Source: Lytechinus pictus (lineage: Eukaryota). From it: DNA of 64,000 nt. The translations under genes were made by a program, and so were the position numbers. Positions 35,807 to 49,900 of the stretch are shown here, in pieces. Position 1 is the stretch's first letter. Each line of letters begins with the position of its first letter. The DNA lies in contig NC_087248.1 in NCBI RefSeq assembly GCF_037042905.1, forward strand, positions 22,940,001 to 23,004,000, written 5' to 3'. Under the pieces are notes generated by a model. The model was given only the letters and a program-made list of their open reading frames with translations. It was not told where the DNA came from and did not search any database.

Positions 35807-36800
35807 NCCGGTTATGTACGTGATTTTTTTTTTTTTTTTCATTTTTCATACACTTTCCCAAAAGGGGTATGATTGTTTAAAATTTCAATGGTGTATAGGC
35901 ATAAATAAAGAGTTTGACCCGAGTCGTATTATTGAAACTTATCAATTTGCAACACTGAATAAAATTTATATCTCGATGTCGAGTTATTTATTGCATAAAC
36001 AAGCTGTTCTTTCGAAAGCATTCCTTTTTGTGTGTAATTTCTGTATTATATTTTTAGACGATCTAGGGGATCTTCAAACTTCCACCTACCCAAAATATCA
36101 CCTCTTTAGCAAAGAATTGTATGTTTTACAAAGGACCAATATTATCTGGAACAAAATACCACTTTATGTTAAATCTATCATTAAATGTTTTTAAAAGGAG
36201 ATCAAAACCCAACTTCTCAGTAAATATTCTAATAATGTTTGACCAAATTTTCTTTTCTCTTTCGCCTTTCGTTTTTTGGAGTAATTATCTTTGTGTCATT
36301 GTGTTAAAATGTGTATTTCCCCCTTTTATGCTCAATCTGGTATTCAGTATTCATGACATCATGATTATACTCCACAATATCATATATTCAGTTTCCAGTT
36401 TTTGTGAAGGTGGCAGCACCAATAATTGCATTTGTAATTGCCTCCGCACTCATTCATAAATTATGAATAGGGCCTACTTTTTTTTCAATTGTTTTCCAGA
36501 TTTTATAATTGCATTATCATCACGATTATACGATTTTTCCATGTAAAGTATGTTAAAGGTCAAGTCCACCCCAGAAAAATGTTGATTTGAAATAATAGAG
36601 AAAAATCAAACAAGCATAATATTGAAAATTTCATCAAAATTGGATGAAAAATAAGAAAGTTATGACATTTTAAATTTTCGTTTATTTTCCACAAAACAGT
36701 TAACAGGACAACAATATGATTGCATAAAATGCCATAAAAACAAATTGCATCATGCATGGTCCGGTCCGGTGTGACCTACTTTCACCATTATTATGCAGGT

Positions 36801-36993
36801 ACAGGTGCGCCTTCACCATTCAGTTGGTTATACCGCGCCCTGATTGGATAAAAGTTTTATTCCGCGCAGGTGCCATTGTGATGTCACACTTAACGAACTT
36901 TTAGATTGTGACGTCACAATGGCACCGACGAGGAGTAAAAACTTTTATCCAATCAGAGCGCGGTAACCAATGGGACGGTGACGACGCACCTGT
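36801..36993. repeat. ~190-bp inverted-repeat element with CCAAT boxes and a CRE
   Basis: acaggtgcg / cgcacctgt ends; ctgattggataaaagtttta / taaaacttttatccaatcag arms; TGACGTCA at 36909-36916. Confidence 0.75.
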
Positions 36994-37466
36994 TTGTTAT
37001 AGGCCTACTTTAAAACCTTGTAATGCGGATATGTTTCATTTTCATGGCTGCGTTTGCAAAGAAATAAAAATTATCACAGAGGCTGCTTCAATTCCTTATT
37101 CCGATCTGAAAGAGAAATACAATCACATCACATTAGGATAGTACGGATGAATAGGATTTCTCCATGGCCCTGGGAAGCGGGGGTGCTGATTTCTGCACCC
37201 GGACCGCGATTTTCCTTGGGGGTGCTGCGTATATTACAGGCGCTAGGCAGCACCCCTTGGAGTTCTGGTAGGTGTTAAAAAATTGACAAATGTAACCAAA
37301 ATTACTTATATTTTGTAGTGGAACCTTTTTTCTTTTATCTTCTTTTTTTCTTGTCAAACTTCTCGGGATCAAAATGGCCTTCAATTTGTTGTGAACCCCT
37401 CCCTCTTTTATTTTTGCTTGTCAAATTTACATCAGCGACCCTACTACAAAATCGTGCCCAGGGCCC

Positions 37467-38305
37467 TACACTGTAAAAAAAAAACATTGAATCAGTAGTT
37501 AACACTTAATGTATTTAAGTAGAATTTACAATTTGTAATTATTTTTCGTTGTTTTTAAGTAGTTTCAACTTGTCTTTTAATTTACTTGATTTACTTGATT
37601 TATTTGGGTTCAATATACATTTAAGAAAATTCGCGTATTGATAGCTTGCTTTGATTGAGTAAATCTAACTCAATTAGGCAAAGATGATTATTACTTATAA
37701 AATAATGTTGAATGTACTTATATTTTCAATTAACGCCATATTTAAATAATGCATGAATATTCATTAGAGCAAGTAAATGTTTTTTTTTTAATAACTGTCA
37801 TTTCTATTTGTGTTTGAAATTGTTTTGGATAAGGGTGTGCTAACTATTGTATTCTTTTGTTGAATCAAAGAAAAGGCAACATTAAATAGTCATTTAGCAG
37901 AAAATTATTCTCACTGTTTTATTTGTAAGAATGAAACGATCGCGTATAAATATCAATGTCAGTACCTATACATGTACAGGTAAGTGACAATTCACAAAGT
38001 TTAATATTTGGATAAAACATGTATAAAATGAAAATGATGCCACCAAAAGTGGGACGATGGGGGAGCGGACTTTCGAATCACGAAAGTCCATCCACTCCCC
38101 CATTTGATATTTTCAAATATTTTAGTGATTGTTTTACTTAATTGAATTAAGTTATTGTAACTTAATTTTCTTGAGTAAAATGGAAGCAAAGAAAATAAGT
38201 AAATTTTACTTAAAACTGCCAAAGTCATAAATACTTGAAAAAATTAAGGCAATTTTTTGCCACAATTTTATTAAGTAATTTCTACTAATTTTTTTTTACA
38301 GTGTA
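37467..38305. mobile_element. TA-flanked TACAC-type MITE
   Basis: tacactgtaaaaaaa...ttttttacagtgta. Confidence 0.7.
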
Positions 38306-38345
38306 GATTTCTCCTTTAACGTTTGATATCGATGTTGATTGCTAC

Positions 38346-38584
38346 TATACTCTAAAATCAATTAAGGATTTTAAATAAATCCAGATCGGCTGTGAATAGT
38401 GACCAGCCGAATATTAGATTTAGTTTCAAACCTTGTACACTGAAATATAAATCTAAAATATTTGAATTTAAATCCTTTGAGATTAGTAAGTTAATCCTAA
38501 AGATTCAAAATAAATCCAACATTCGGCTGGTCACTATCCACAGCCGATCTGGATTTATTTTAAATCCTTGATTTTTAGAATGTA
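38346..38584. mobile_element. Hairpin MITE
   Basis: aaatccagatcggctgtg.atagtgaccagccgaat and its reverse complement. Confidence 0.75.
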
Positions 38585-38599
38585 TCCTTCTATGGCTAA

Positions 38600-39620
38600 T
38601 TTAAACTTGACTGTGCATCTTGAATTAGTGGTATTTAAATAACCCATTCCATCAAATTCGTCAATCCGATTTTTTAAACATTTAAAAATCACTTTGCCTC
38701 TACAATTTCTCGAGGTAGATTGCTCCAATCTCTTACAACTCATGGAGTAAAACATTACTCCTAACATCCAGTCTTGATCTTTTTCATGAAGAGTTTTGAT
38801 TGTGTCCTCTGGTTACTCTGCACTGTACACAGTAAAAACGCTGTTTAAGATTTTATGCAACGCTGTTTACTATATGAACCTTATATACAGTATTTGTTTA
38901 ACCGTTTAAACAATCATGTTTAATTTATTGAAAATAAGATATTGAAAATTAAACTTTGTTGCTTAAAATTTAAACAGTTGTTTAAACTGTTTAAACAATT
39001 ACTGTAAGGTTCATATAGTAAACAGCGTTGTATAATCTTTTTTTTACTGTGTAAAAAAATATTTCCGGCAGAATTTCAAGTCGACCCGTCAGAATTTTGA
39101 AGACTGCAGTCATATCACCTCTTTTGTAGATTGAGTGCTTTCAAACGTTCTTCATAATTTAGCTCTCGATCGTAGAACTCAGTGAAGCTTTTTGTTGCTC
39201 TTCGTGTTGCACCCCTGGTTGCACCTTTTCTACTTTATCTTAGTCCAATTTATGAATGCCACAGTTCAATGTTATCATATTCAAGATGAGGTCGTACAAG
39301 TATGGTGGACAAAATGGGAAGCATATCCTTTGATATTTTCCGAAATGTTCTCTTTATCATTCCTTCAATTTCATTTGCTTGAATCTGGATTTGCCACATT
39401 CTGGTGGAAATCTATTTCCTTATCAATAATTACTCCGAAGGTCTTTGGCCTGTCCGACTCCATTCATTGTGTGGTTCTTCTTGAAGTTCTTTCCCATATA
39501 TATGAACCACCTTACATTTAAATTTCCAACATTTCCATCTTTTGGACCACTTAGTTGATTTGGATAGAAATACTGGTATCAAAGATTTGTGTATCATCTG
39601 CAAATATGTATACCTGATAC
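38600..39620 (-). mobile_element. Degenerate CR1-like LINE ORF2 3' remnant, interrupted by a MITE at 38826-39052
   Basis: Minus-strand fragments FGVIIDK, LVRPHLEY, YEERLKALNL, RGHN..RLDVR and KNRIDEF, with stops and frameshifts. Confidence 0.7.
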
Positions 39621-39634
39621 TCAAACAGGTATTC

Positions 39635-39818
39635 AGGGGCCGCGGAACGGTTCAATAAAGTGGAAGAGGGGGGGGGGGCGGCTGACCATGCAAAAAATCA
39701 CAATCATATCATGGTAATTTTTACGTTTTTTGTACACGGTTTTGGGAAAAAGTGAGAGAAGGGGGGGGGGGGCTTCAGCCCCCCCCCCTTTTCCCCTCCT
39801 CTTGATCTGCGGGCCTTG
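39635..39818. mobile_element. GC-rich MITE (caggggccgcggaac...) with 5-bp TSD
   Basis: TSD gtatt here; copies at 46947-47133 (ctata), 60038-60216 (atact) and a partial copy at 41055-41180. Confidence 0.8.
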
Positions 39819-40504
39819 GTATTTGTGGTATGATTACAGAAATTGGAAAAACGAACTCTTTTGTTACTATCTACATAATTCCCGGCCGAATTTCGACAGG
39901 CATGCATGTTCAAATGTTAATTTATTGGTAACCGAAACATGGTTCTCTGATACACTCTTCACACATGCCCCCATCACCCCTTTTATCATATAGCCCCAGC
40001 ATCCAGTACGTAGCCTTTTGGACATGATATGTTTTTATTTTGGATTTTTATGAAAGGATAGGTCTATATAGTTAATAGGTCCATGTTATTAGAATCTTTT
40101 CTCAGCTCAGAGAGCCTATTATAATCAAAATACATCTCTATCAGACCCTGTCTTTTCTCAAAAATTTTGTTTTGAATAAAAATGGTGCCACTACGTCTAC
40201 AGGCCTCCCAATTTTTTTTAAATTTCCGTTCCCCATGCATTTATTTGAAAATTAAAGATGATCTAGCCATAATTGTAACAATTAGGCCAGTTATATTCAT
40301 TTAGAGCAGCATCTTTACCCCAGCTCTAACAAAAAACATATTATAACTCCTGTGGGAAGTCTAAAACGATACAGTAACAAAAGGCGTGCCATATCTATTC
40401 ACAGCCCGGTGCAATGTAAACAAACGCGAACAAAGTGAGCCACGAATTTGCGCCTTTTAAATGGCAATTATATTTGCGGCCTGAAGTACACAGTCAACTC
40501 CAAC

Positions 40505-40929
40505 ATGGCGGCCAGTGGCATGGCAAGGATGAGGTATTTTGAGAACAAAATGCCGGACTGTGGCTACGATCAGGAGGTCCAAATTCCAGTCGACCAGATC
40601 CGTGCTCGAATCGTAGCGGTAATCGAAGCTCTTCGGCAGAACGTGGTGCCGAACCAACAGGCCTGCGAGGGTGGCGTGTATGTTGGGATCGCTGGAATCG
40701 CCTATGCGCTGCTGTACGTGGCTCAATCAAAACAGATCCCAGAGAAAGAGAGTGAATATTTAGAACTCGCTGAGCAGTATATAGCTCAAGCATTGGACTA
40801 TGAAGAGAAAAAACGATCGCCAGAAACTCGATCAGCATTTCTTCTCGGATCAGCAGGAGTTTATGCAGTGGCATCTCTCTTGTACAGAGCGCTGGGAAAA
40901 GAAGAAAAGGTGCAAGAATATATCGGGAA
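40505..40929 (+). CDS. LANCL3: LANCL3 exon 1
   Basis: aacATGG start; MAASGMARMRYFEN...EYIG; gtaagt donor. Confidence 0.92.
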
Positions 40930-43900
40930 GTAAGTATGAATGATTGAGAGGGGGGGGGGGGGCTTAATTTCACCTAAAGCTACACACTTTGGTTTACAAG
41001 CTATAACAATTCTCACAATTTTTATATGTGAACAGATTAACTTACAAGGAGTAAGCAGGGGGGGGGGGCAGCCCCCCACTTTTTTCCAAAACCATTTACA
41101 AAAACGTAAAAATGACCATATGATTGTGATTTTTTGCATTGGTCAGCCCCCCCACTTTGAAAACCGTTCCGCAGCCCCTGGTAAGGGTCATTAACCAAGC
41201 AAAAAAAACTGAAAAAATCACAAAACTAGTAGTAGATCTACATATAAAAAATCCTGAGCTGTGACCTGTGTTTTCCTAACACCTCTTGATATGCTGCCAG
41301 AATTGGAAGGGTCCTAGAAAAGAAATGGTATTTCTTCTTTTCTTGTTTCTTGACTTCTTAAATGTTAACCCAGAAGGTAACCATAGCCTTATAATTATAT
41401 TATAGGCTGCCAAAGGTAACAAATACTAACATAGGCACCTTCGAGGTTGGGGTACCAAAAACGCCCATAATTAAAGAAAAAAAAAGAAATCATGCACCCA
41501 CCTCAATTCTAATGGCTGAAGGTCTAAGTACCGACAGCAGAATCCTGACATCGAGGAGTAGCCAGACCCTCAAAAAGGGGGAAAAGGGCCACGTTCGTTC
41601 ACTCACTTTCAAAATTGAAAACAAAAATTGGCCGATCATGTATGGGATGGCGCATATGTATGCAAAGAAAACAAATTTTCAAGCAATTTAAATAGGCCTA
41701 CATGTAGACTCAGTCAAATTCGCGCATGCGCCCTCGGTATATCGATTGGCCAGTTCCGTATTATATAGCCTACAGTACATGTACATGTATTTGGCACTTT
41801 ATTGATACACGTACTGCCTTGACCGAACTGTGCAAAGTCTGTGTTTAGAGATAGGCCAGGCCGTAAACACTACTTCTTGGGGGTGCATAAATTGCCCTAA
41901 TTAGGTTTATTATGACATGACTTACAATACCATTACCAGTCACAATTCTTTGACTCGCTATTACCTGTTAAAACCAGAGAACAATGGATTCGGTCCACTG
42001 AATCTGTTGTTCTCTGGGGTTTTTTAACAGATAATAGTGATTCAAAGGATTGTGACTGGTAGTGTAACAAAATAAATCGCTGTAACTTGTTTATAAAATT
42101 GGCTGATGTCCCATAAGGATAACGGAGCAGCTTCTCTTTATGTTAACATATATTTGTAAAGATTATCTCTGACCAAAAAGTGACAATAATTTTCTCTGAC
42201 TCTGTGCTCCTTCCCTCGATCTACATGTACTCTCGAGGTCACGTTCTGGTGTCTGAGCGATGCGTTGATTAGGCCTACTGGCTGCGCCCATTTTGTGTGT
42301 ACATGTTTATTGCATAGAGATGCAGGGTTGGGCTCAATTAATTTCTTCAATTACAATTCCGTAATCGAAGAAATGTTCAATTACAATTACAATTCCGTAA
42401 TCGAAGAAATGTTCAATTACAATTACTTTTCAATTGAATTACATTTTTTTGCAATTACAATTACCAATTACTTTTGTCAATTAGAATTACAATTTCGATT
42501 ACTGTCTATAAAGTCATAATTGATATCAATTTAAGTTTTGTATGTAGTGTCACCCATTTCAACATATATTTCTAAGTTTGAGAAAAACTGACAAAATGAA
42601 GGTTTATTACATGTAGTTTAGACTTTAGAGAGCATTGATCCTGCCTATCTCTCCCTTTAATGCTATAAAAGTCAATTGACATTCTCAATTATATGAAGAT
42701 CTGCATGCTTTAGTTTCTTCATTTGTAGAAATCATGATACTGTACAAGCTGTTATTTTCGTGTACAGAAAAATCGGGGGTCCCCGCGGTTGTTAAATTGG
42801 AAAATGTACGAAATACTTCCACAGCATTTCAAAGAAGCAAAACTACTGCAAATTATGTGCAATACTATGCTCCTCATAGTTCCTCTGCTGATGTGTCTTT
42901 TGTACATAAATATGTCCCTGTAAAACCATTTACAAAATGTGGAAAAAGTAGCTTAAATTTCACTTTTTTGTACTTTTAGATCTGAAAATTCATCATGTCA
43001 CAGTTTGATCTGTAAGAGTAATCTTATGAAGTGGTGTTTTGTTAGATTCACTTTTTAAAAAGATGGTTTCAGTGCAAAAATGTTCAATTTTGTGAACACA
43101 ATCTTACACCTCCAAAAGCTCCGGTCATGTGACTTATGAATATTAATGAGTATGCAAATAGCTGCTAATACGTGTGTATATAGTGAATCAGATGACAATG
43201 AAATCAAATTATTTTATGGAAAATACATATTATTACAGTGAGTGAATAAATATCGATAGAATTATGTGAGAAAATAGTTTAGGCTCTGATTTTGTTTGAG
43301 AAATAAAAAAAATCAAATTCTAGCTAACTTTTTGAATCACTAACTGTACTTTCTAAAACTTATTTTTTGTACATATAGAGGTGCATATCTCTTCTTTTAT
43401 TATAGAGGATGTCTTCAAGAGCTTTAATAGCTGTGCTGTTGGGGATATTGGCACCAGTTGACTAATAAAAGTGTCAATATTTTCGTGTGTTGTTAAATTC
43501 GCGGCCGATGGGCAATCTGCGAAAATAACAGCTCATACAGTATACAACATGTAAACTTGAATTGTAAGACGTGACCTCGTTCATCAATGGCAGATCCAGC
43601 TTTCAACTATAGGGAAGGGGGGGGGGGGCAGGAAAAAACATTTTCATCCACTAAAAGCCCACTTTTGAGACAAAGATGATTTAACATGAAAATTGACAGA
43701 GCTAAACATTAATAAATCAAGATGAATTTGAAACGTATGAAAAGCTTACACATTACATCCTTGTCTGGGAATGAGGATTTCCAAATCTAACGCAAAGCGT
43801 GCTGCTGCCAAATTGAACATTGGTATACTAAAAGACAATCGAGCACAGTGCGACCGATCAATGGATATTGAGCCCGGGGGGGGGGGGGGGGGGCCACTTC

Positions 43901-46900
43901 CATTGACGAGTGGATACCATGCGCGACCACGGGGTCTTGAAAAACACCCTAAACACGTATTTTCCATATTCTGAAAATGCACGCCTTAACAAGTATTGGC
44001 GTGTGAACTGTGAAACCCTACCCTTAACAAGTACTGGAAACAAATTCTATTGGCAAGTATTCCCAGAATTGAGCCCCTAAACAAGTACAGCAATGTATTT
44101 TCCATATTCTGAAAATGCACCCTTTAAGTATTGAAAACAAAACCAAAAAAATTGGCAAGTATTCCCAGAAATGAACCCCTAAACGAGTACAGTGATGTAT
44201 TTTCCATATTCTGAAAATGCACCCTTTAACAAGTATTGAAAACAAAACGATACTCTTGGCAAGTATTCCCAGAAATGAACCCCTAAACGAGTCGGGAAAC
44301 AAGTACAGCGATATTTCATTGTTATGTCACGGGTCCGTTGGTCGTCGGTTGTACCTTTGACACCATTATTTTGGTTTAGTACGACCACACCTCGCGCAAA
44401 TCGGACTCTAAACACGTAATGTTGGGCAAAAAGGACATCCTTTATAAAACATTTTGATTTTGTTTTATCATCCCCGCATATTTGACCCTAAACACGTATA
44501 TTTTTCCGAGCGAAATGGATACCCTTTTTTCAATATTTTTGTGTTTTTGACACCCTTATCACGTTACGTACGTAACGTGCCCTATCTTGAAAAAGACATC
44601 CTTTTTACGTGTTTTTTTGGCCGCGCATGGTATCCACTCGTCAATGTAAGTGGCCCCCCCCGGGATATTGAGCAATGTGCATGATATGTACAAAAAAGTT
44701 AATTGGATTGTAAGTAATAGATTGAGACAATTCACTCCTTTCCTTTTCTTTCTTTTCTCAATTTTATCTTGGTGTTTTGATTTTTTTTTGGGGGGGGGGC
44801 AGGCATGGCCCCAATGCTCCCTCTTTAATACATGATATCAAATCAGTGGAAAAAGAAAGAGAGAGAGAATGAAAGAGATACACACACAATAGTGAAAGAG
44901 AGATGGGGTGCAACAGATGGCTAATTGGGCAGAATATATTATGTAAAAATCAGTTAATAATTATAGGTTGATAGAGAATAGGCCTACATCTCTTCTTATT
45001 TTGTATATTTTGTTTTGAGTGTATTGTCTCAGATTGACAAGACAAAACAATGTTTGCTTGTTTTTGTGAAAATGGTTTGACAGTGAACTTTATTTACTAT
45101 GGTTTCAAGGAAGAACAGTGAAATATTTGAAGAAAGAGAGACTTTATGATGTATACATGCTTGCAAACAGTTTTCTTTGTAATTTCATGATCACATGCAT
45201 AACCATAGGTGTTGATCCTGGGGGAATAATCCCCTTTTCCGGGGGGGGGGGGGCTGTATTATCATACATTATCATACAACCAATAATCTATGGTAGAACA
45301 TTATAATAATTATGATAGGCCTATGTATGATGATAAAGAGAGTCGAAGATGACATGATAATGGTATTGATGATTATTGTACATGTATATACATATATGCA
45401 TGGCCATCGGTTTTATTATTCTCGGATTTCTCGCAATTTTCTTTTTATTGTTATTGAATATAACCATTCCTTTCAGAAACTGTTAGAAACAGATGGATGG
45501 AGACTGAAAAAATCCCATGATGATGACATGATCATAAAATGTTCAAAGAGAAGTGAGAACTGAAATTTTAATAAAAGAGGGTACACGTATAAAAGGGAAA
45601 GGACCATGAAAAGTGACAAAATTCCTTAAAATAGCAAATTTTCAGGCACTAATAAAATTTTTAGCTCTTGTATTATGGATTTCATCCTTGGGAAAATTTG
45701 TAAAAATTAAAGCTGACATGGACTTAAAACTACAGTCTTAAGGACTACACCCCCCCCCCCGAAAAAGTTTCCTGATCAAGAAAAGGAAAGAAATATATAG
45801 AAAACAAAAGGGGAAAGGGTGAAACATTTTGTTTTCAAAATCTATCACAAAATTGGACTTTTGCATTAAAAAGGTCAAAATTGGCTCACTCGTTTTACTC
45901 GCAGCATTTTGAAAATAAATTTCTGTGAATTCAAAATGAATATCACTCTGGGTTCATTCAATCATTCGCCTTTTATCCATATTTTGTATTTGCCTTCTGT
46001 TTATTATTACCCTATTTTAATTGTATATCGTAAAATTGAAATGCCTTGGCTTTGAGGTTTTCAAGCCTTGACCTTAGGTTTCCAAGCCTTGGCCTTGGGT
46101 ACAGAAGCCTTGGCCTCGACCTTGAGGGTTTGGGCTTAACTACAACACTGGTACATTGAAAGTCGTGTGTATCATTAAAGTTGAGCTAAATGTCATATTG
46201 ATATTGTTTTGCAGATATGCAGGTCTAGCAGGGATATGTTGTCAGCCCGGAGATTATCTTGGCTGTGGATCAGATGAAGTACTGGTAGGAAGAGCGGGGT
46301 ATTTATGTGGAGCGGAAATGCTCACCAAGAAACTCGGTCAACAGGTCAGTATACTGAATTCATTTTAAAGGACAAATCCAGTCCACCCTCATCTACAGGT
46401 TCAGTAAAAGGGGATTTCTTTGCTGAATCATAAGTAGCAACAGACGGGCAATTCCTTAAAATAATCAACCTTTTTGTACATCCGACCCCCATTTTTCTCA
46501 AGTTTTACTTCACTACATAAACTGACCAAGTCATGATCATTTGAGAGCATTACAGACTGTCAAAAGAACCTGAAATCAGAGACAGGAAATTTCATGAAGG
46601 TTCCACAAACATGGGGTCGGACGTACATATTCTATGGAATTGCCCAGACTTCATAAAACTCTCGAGCCTGTGTTCAATGGGGGTGGTTTAGTGGTGTTAT
46701 GACTCTCATCTTTCAGTCTGAGGGACGTGGGTTTGATTCCAAGCCATGGCGTGTTTTCCTTCAACAAGAAATTCATCCACACTATGCTACACTCGATCCA
46801 GGTATAAAGGTGATTGGGTACCTGGTAGGAATTTATTCCTTGAAATGCAGAGCGCTTAACATCTGCTGTGCTAAATCCAGGATAATTATGCTGCATTTCT

Positions 46901-49900
46901 TTAGAGCACTTAAAAACTTTTGTTAAAGCAAGTGTTAAGTGCTATACAGGGGCCGCGGAACGGTTTTCCAAGTGGGGGGGCTGAGCCAAAAGTGGGGGGG
47001 CTGAAAATCATGCAGAAAATCACAATCGTATGGTCATTTTTGCATTTTTGTACACGGTTTTGGAAAAAAGTGGGGGGGGGCTGAAGCCCCCCCAGCCCCC
47101 CCCCCCCCCCCCCCCCCGGTTCCGCGGCCCCTGCTATATAAGCAAGTATTATTATATTCAGAGCCTGGGATGTGATTTAAAGCACTCGCAGTATGCAACC
47201 ACCTTGTGTTGTAACACAACATAACATCCAAAAATCTTTCAAATACATCGTAACCCGTAACCCCCCCCAAAAAAAAACCAACCCACCATCTAATCAAATG
47301 AATGATACATACATGTCTTTTCAGGTGAGGTGAATGGGCACCAGGGCCCTGTCTTACAAAGAGTTCCGATCAATCTTAACTATGGGCGGCCAGCAGCGTC
47401 ATCTATTATGCATGTTTGTTCAAAATATTTTCTAGCTATGATGTATATTTATGCATTCATTGTTTTCTTGAAAATTCACTGCACTTCTCTTTGCAAACAG
47501 AGGACATTGCGCAAGTTTTTCGTAGAAAAAAATTATGACACTGATGGATTTCCATAATTACGATTGATCGGATCAATCGTAACTCTTTGTAAGACGGGCC
47601 CTGGTAGGAGGTCACTTTCAAAATCTGTCAGTGTCAAGTCACATTGGATCAGTTGTGATGAATCTTATTTTTTTTTTTTTCTTTTGAGTTTTTAAGTGAG
47701 ATGGACTGCTTATGATCAATCTCATTTTCTTATATCGTTAGGTTAGCATAACGGTGACTTTGGCGTGAAGTGAACTCTTACTGCTTGTGATTAATCTTAT
47801 TTTATTGTGTTACCAGTACTTTTGGGGTTTTAATGAAATGGACTGTCTGTGATTAGTCTTGTTTTCTTGTTTAGGTTTTGAGTGATGAGGTGGCTTTCAC
47901 TTGTCTGTTGAGAGATAAAGAACTGCTTGTAATTAATCTTACTTTCTTGTGTCCTTAGGTTCTGAGTGATGAAGTGACTTTCATGATCTGTCGAGCCATA
48001 GTAGATTCTGGGCGGAGCTATTCACAAAGGCATAAATCACAATCACCGCTAATGTATGCATATTACCAGACAGAATATTTAGGTAGGTTTGTAAAATGGT
48101 GGTATAGTANNNNNNNNNNNNNNNNNNNNNNNNNNNNNNNNNNNNNNNNNNNNNNNNNNNNNNNNNNNNNNNNNNNNNNNNNNNNNNNNNNNNNNNNNNN
48201 NNNNNNNNNNNNNNNNNNNNNNNNNNNNNNNNNNNNNNNNNNNNNNNNNNNNNNNNNNNNNNNNNNNNNNNNNNNNNNNNNNNNNNNNNNNNNNNNNNNN
48301 NNNNNNNNNNNNNNNNNNNNNNNNNNNNNNNNNNNNNNNNNNNNNNNNNNNNNNNNNNNNNNNNNNNNNNNNNNNNNNNNNNNNNNNNNNNNNNNNNNNN
48401 AAGTTGAAGAGAAAGAAGGAGATAAAGAAGAAGGAGGAGGAGAGGGAAGAGGAGAAGAAGAGGTGGGGGAGGGAGGAGAAGAAGAGAAAAATAGAAAGAA
48501 GGAGAAGAAGAAGAAGAAAAGAAAGAAGGAGGAAGAGGAGAAGGGGGAGGGGAAGAAGGAGGAGGAAAAAAAGGAGGAGGTCATATTTTACCCAGGGTAG
48601 CCTCTTCACTTCTGTACATTTTATACAGGTATCTGAAAAAATCTCCAAATCCTCCCTGTATGAGAGTGAAAAACTGTGCCAATCATTAGAAAAATTGTTT
48701 AGATACAAAGTAGTACCCCTTTTCCCAGTACAGCACAATTACACTGCACATATTCATGTAGTTGTTATCTTTAAAATGCCCTTCAAGTTCAAGTTCAATT
48801 TATTCAAAAAACCAGACACATTATGAGTACAAATCAATGATCAGATGGTACAAAAGAATACATGTTACAATATAAACGGTTTTCTAGGACCCCTTGGCTA
48901 TGCCTTGGGCATTTTAGAATTGTTCTTAATGAATAATTCTTACTCTTGCGCTCATTGATGTGTATTATTTGTGTACTGATCCATGATGACACGTTGATTT
49001 GAATTAGGTGCTGCACACGGCCTTTCTGGAATCGTCCAGATGCTGCTCAACTATCCAACCTTTGTCAAGTCCGACCCGTCTATCGAGGCCGACGTCAAGA
49101 ACACAGTGGATTATCTAATCTCGTGTAGATCACCGGATTACAACATCCCGCCTACTGTAGCCGAGTGTATCCAGCAACGTCCTCCCGAGCATCAACTCGT
49201 CCATTGGTGTCATGGTGCACCAGGTAAATATCTGTTGTTATTTACTACCTGTATCAGACATCTTAGAGCGTTGTGGCCCAGTGGATTAGTCTCCGGACTT
49301 TGAAACAGAGGGTCGTTGGTTCAAATCCCAGCCATGGCGTAGTTTCCTTCAGCAAGAAATTATATCCACATTGTGCTGCACTCAACCCAGGTGAGGTTAG
49401 TGGGTACCTAGCAGGAATTATTCCTTGAAATGCCGAGCGCGTGAAAGCTGCTTGAGCTACAGCGGGGGTAATAATATCCAAGTCCTTTGGAAGCGCATAG
49501 ATACGTTATTCATAATGTGTTCTGCGCTGTACAAGAACTGACTCTTATTATTATTATCTTAGGTGGTCAATTTATTATAACCTAGAGTTATTGCCCGAGA
49601 TGTCATAAATATTTGTAATGAGTAAGGTATATTACGAGGCATTGTCGTAATAGTAGTTAGAAAAGAGATACTGTTTCTTTCTTATTCCCTCTTCTATTTT
49701 TCTCCGCCCCCTTTTTTATGGGAGGGGTGAAAATTTATTTTTCCTCTCCACCATTTTTTTTATGGGGACGGGGGGGGGGGGGGGGGGGGGGGCTACTCCC
49801 CCAGCCTCCCAGCTTCCGGTGCCCATGGTATAAGATAGCAATATTGTTGTTTGTTTCAGGTGTTATCTACCTGTTTGCCAAGGCTTTCCTGCTCTGGAAG

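Noticed and set aside
35890-36230. ORFs 35814-36194 and 36121-36459 as a gene
   Set aside because: AT-rich and resembles a decayed LINE 3' end (GP..WNKIP...FKRR); too degraded to call.
47974-48826. ORFs spanning the N gap and purine repeat
   Set aside because: Artefacts of Ns and simple repeats.
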